From Paludibacter sp. (lineage in GTDB: Bacteria; Bacteroidota; Bacteroidia; Bacteroidales; Paludibacteraceae), in assembly GCA_036787795.1 (NCBI GenBank), contig DAIQOQ010000001.1, forward strand, positions 1,827-40,967: a stretch of 39,141 bases of DNA, in the 5' to 3' direction. Under the pieces are notes generated by a model. It had not been told where the DNA came from and did not search any database. It saw only the letters and a list, made by a program, of their open reading frames with translations. Both the position numbers and the translations under genes were made by a program. Positions 36,886-39,141 of the stretch are shown piece by piece (positions within the stretch are counted from its first letter, which is position 1; every line of letters begins with the position of its first letter).

Positions 36886-36922
36886 AAAAAAAAGAGGGTG
36901 ACCAATCATTTTGGACACCCTC
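36886..36922 (-). terminator. Intrinsic terminator of the DUF2264 gene
   Basis: GAGGGTGACCAA / TTGGACACCCTC stem plus U8 on the minus strand. Confidence 0.8.
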
Positions 36923-36954
36923 CGCATTACTTCGCATATGCAATTCAGATTGGT

Positions 36955-39006
36955 TTAATCAAAGTTTAGTACTTTTTTGTCTCCATTCTTAAATAATATT
37001 GTTACGCGATCTTTAGCTGCGGAATGTTGTATTCCCTTTACTGGTACTAACTCATCGTTGGTCCACTTTTCGTCAGCCTTTTTCCAAAGCATCAAGCTTA
37101 TGTACATTTTCTGGCTACGCTTAGCCGGCGAAAACCGATCTGAAGCATTGATCACTTCACTTTGATCACTCTCTGGGTGTAATCCATTCGAGCGCACAAA
37201 TTCTATGGAGTTCCAACCTTCTAGTGAAATTAGAGCCAACTGGTAAATTCCATTATTAATTATATGAACTTGATGTCCTTTTACGTTGCGTATTTCTTCT
37301 TTTATTGATCCTTTCAATTGAGGTAGTGCGTAGTGCCCAAGACGTAGTTTTAGCGAATCGGTACTCATAACTTTGTCAACGCGCAATATTCCATTGGGTA
37401 GTGGAATGTCTGCCAGCTTAAATTGGACATTTTTGTTTGTTTCGAGTTCTGCATCCCGATAGTAGATGCCATTCTCAAATTTTTTGAAGGTGAAAAGGCG
37501 CAGTGCTTCCCATTTGTTATCCTTATTATTGACAACGTAATTCATGGCAACTTCACCATTTTTGCCATCGGCTTGCCAGGGGAAGGCACTGTTGTAAGAT
37601 AATCGGTTGTAGTTTTCGGTGCTGCGGAACTTTTGCCAGTCGGCGGCTACAGTTTCGTGACACCATGCCCGCACTTCCGATGCGCCAATGTTAGGGTAAT
37701 CTGTAATTAAAATTTTTGATCCGGGTTCAAATTTGTTGTATACTTTTCCTTTAATCAGTTTGTTTTCCCAATCTCCTTCATTTTCTGTTGATGTCCAGAA
37801 AGGATTATCTTCAGGAACTAATAATCCAAGAAAGACTTTTCCACCCCAATACACGCTACCCCGGCAACTGTACATCTGAACGGCAGGTTCAAAAGGTCCG
37901 TAAAATCCAAGCGTTGGAACTCCGTCTTTCAGAAAATCGGGGTGCTGAAAAAATTGTAGCAAAGTGCCGGAAGCAATGCGTCGCATCCAACCATAGTTTG
38001 TTTCGCCGGAGTTTTCAAAGCCCATGAGCGGAAAGGCTGTAACCGATGCATAGCGATACGAGATACTACGCCCCCACATAATCATTTTGCCGTCGCGGCT
38101 GAAAAGGTAAGGGTAGTTATGCTTTAAATCGCTAAAATTGTTCATAAACTTTTTAGCTAGCTCCGGATAGTATTTGTTTCCATAATATTCGCTCCACAAC
38201 ACGCCATACATCTGAAAAGCCCACATGCTGTAATAGTCGTAAGCAGGGCTGTCGTTGTACCAACCTTCGCCGCTATAATGGTTTAATGTTCTGTTGAGAT
38301 ATTCGACCAGTAACTTTTCATTTACGGTATACCCTTGATTTTTAAAGAAGCTTAGAACGAAAATATTGAAAAACTTCCAATTGGAGTCAACAGTGGGTCC
38401 ATCGGCGTAACTTAGCATTAGCGCGGCTAATGAGTCTTTTTGATTCTGCGGAAGGGGCTTCCAAAGCACATCGGGAATAGCGGTCATTGAGATGGCTATA
38501 GCACCAAACTCCACCAGATTTTGATGAGGACCACCATCTTTAGCCCGATGTTTAATGAATGATGGGCTTGCAGGGTTGATCAGGTTGCATAATTGATGCC
38601 GGTAATAATCGGCTACCTTGATATTATTGACTATCAAATCAGGATTTTCTTTCAGCAATGGAGCAGCTACAAATAGGGTGCGACTCAATCCTTCGAGTTT
38701 TTCGGTAGGTATTTGTTCGTCATTTCTCGGATAACTCACCCCAACCTGTTTAGGAAACTTCATCGGATCGTCCAGATTATGAATATAGCCAAATGCTCCT
38801 TTTAGTAGATATAATGCTGCATCTTTCCAATGTTGACGAGTCATGCCTGTAAACGGGCTCAATTTGTAGTCGGGCTGATCAAGCTGAAATATCTGTTGTT
38901 TACTGGCATCATTCTTTCCATGTTCAATAATATTTTGAGCCTTAATAGAGATCAAATTTGTGGCAGTAAAAAATAAAAGCAATGTGAGTTTTAGTGTTTG
39001 TTTCAT
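36955..39006 (-). CDS. DUF2264 domain protein, secreted (possible GH154-related glycosidase)
   Basis: Signal peptide, LEGLSRT, QNLVE, NWKFF, GWYND...DYYSMWAF, WGRSISYR, YSCRGSVYW match my recollection of the DUF2264 pattern. Confidence 0.8.
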   Translation of the reverse strand: MKQTLKLTLLLFFTATNLISIKAQNIIEHGKNDASKQQIFQLDQPDYKLSPFTGMTRQHWKDAALYLLKGAFGYIHNLDDPMKFPKQVGVSYPRNDEQIPTEKLEGLSRTLFVAAPLLKENPDLIVNNIKVADYYRHQLCNLINPASPSFIKHRAKDGGPHQNLVEFGAIAISMTAIPDVLWKPLPQNQKDSLAALMLSYADGPTVDSNWKFFNIFVLSFFKNQGYTVNEKLLVEYLNRTLNHYSGEGWYNDSPAYDYYSMWAFQMYGVLWSEYYGNKYYPELAKKFMNNFSDLKHNYPYLFSRDGKMIMWGRSISYRYASVTAFPLMGFENSGETNYGWMRRIASGTLLQFFQHPDFLKDGVPTLGFYGPFEPAVQMYSCRGSVYWGGKVFLGLLVPEDNPFWTSTENEGDWENKLIKGKVYNKFEPGSKILITDYPNIGASEVRAWCHETVAADWQKFRSTENYNRLSYNSAFPWQADGKNGEVAMNYVVNNKDNKWEALRLFTFKKFENGIYYRDAELETNKNVQFKLADIPLPNGILRVDKVMSTDSLKLRLGHYALPQLKGSIKEEIRNVKGHQVHIINNGIYQLALISLEGWNSIEFVRSNGLHPESDQSEVINASDRFSPAKRSQKMYISLMLWKKADEKWTNDELVPVKGIQHSAAKDRVTILFKNGDKKVLNFD

Positions 39007-39091
39007 TCTATTTTGAGTTTTAAGGTCCTTTGAAATTTTATTTATAAAGTTAGTTTAGTTCGTGTTAATTTAAATATCATTATAAAACAGA

Positions 39092-39099
39092 CAAAAATA
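39092..39099 (-). promoter_or_regulatory. -7 element (TATTTTTG) for the DUF2264 gene
   Basis: TAnnTTTG match about 85 nt upstream of the ATG. Confidence 0.45.
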
Positions 39100-39141
39100 T
39101 ACAATTTAAACTTGGGAATAAGTAAAAAAAAGGTCAAAAGG

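Overview
Chromosomal, mostly housekeeping region of a Bacteroidales bacterium (Paludibacter-like by gene content, TAnnTTTG promoters and the tmRNA tag; inference). Main genes: murF, tmRNA, zapB/zapA/rny, SulP, ispG, an HU-like protein, two tandem GH25 muramidases, alaS, M23-CapA-murI, a MacAB-TolC-type exporter with a LytS/LytTR pair, tyrA, AmpG, SpoIID/LytB, a SusC/SusD pair and a DUF2264 protein. A 58-aa winged-helix gene missed by the ORF track lies at 26661-26837. I found no integrase, transposase, cas or phage genes. The unusual content is non-coding. There are three exact-period tandem arrays (22, 41 and 23 bp), several intergenic regions bracketed by inverted short repeats, REP-like palindromes that have entered two coding sequences in frame, a structured alaS leader, and a 6S-like hairpin between zapA and rny. 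Protein calls come from motif recognition, not database searches.
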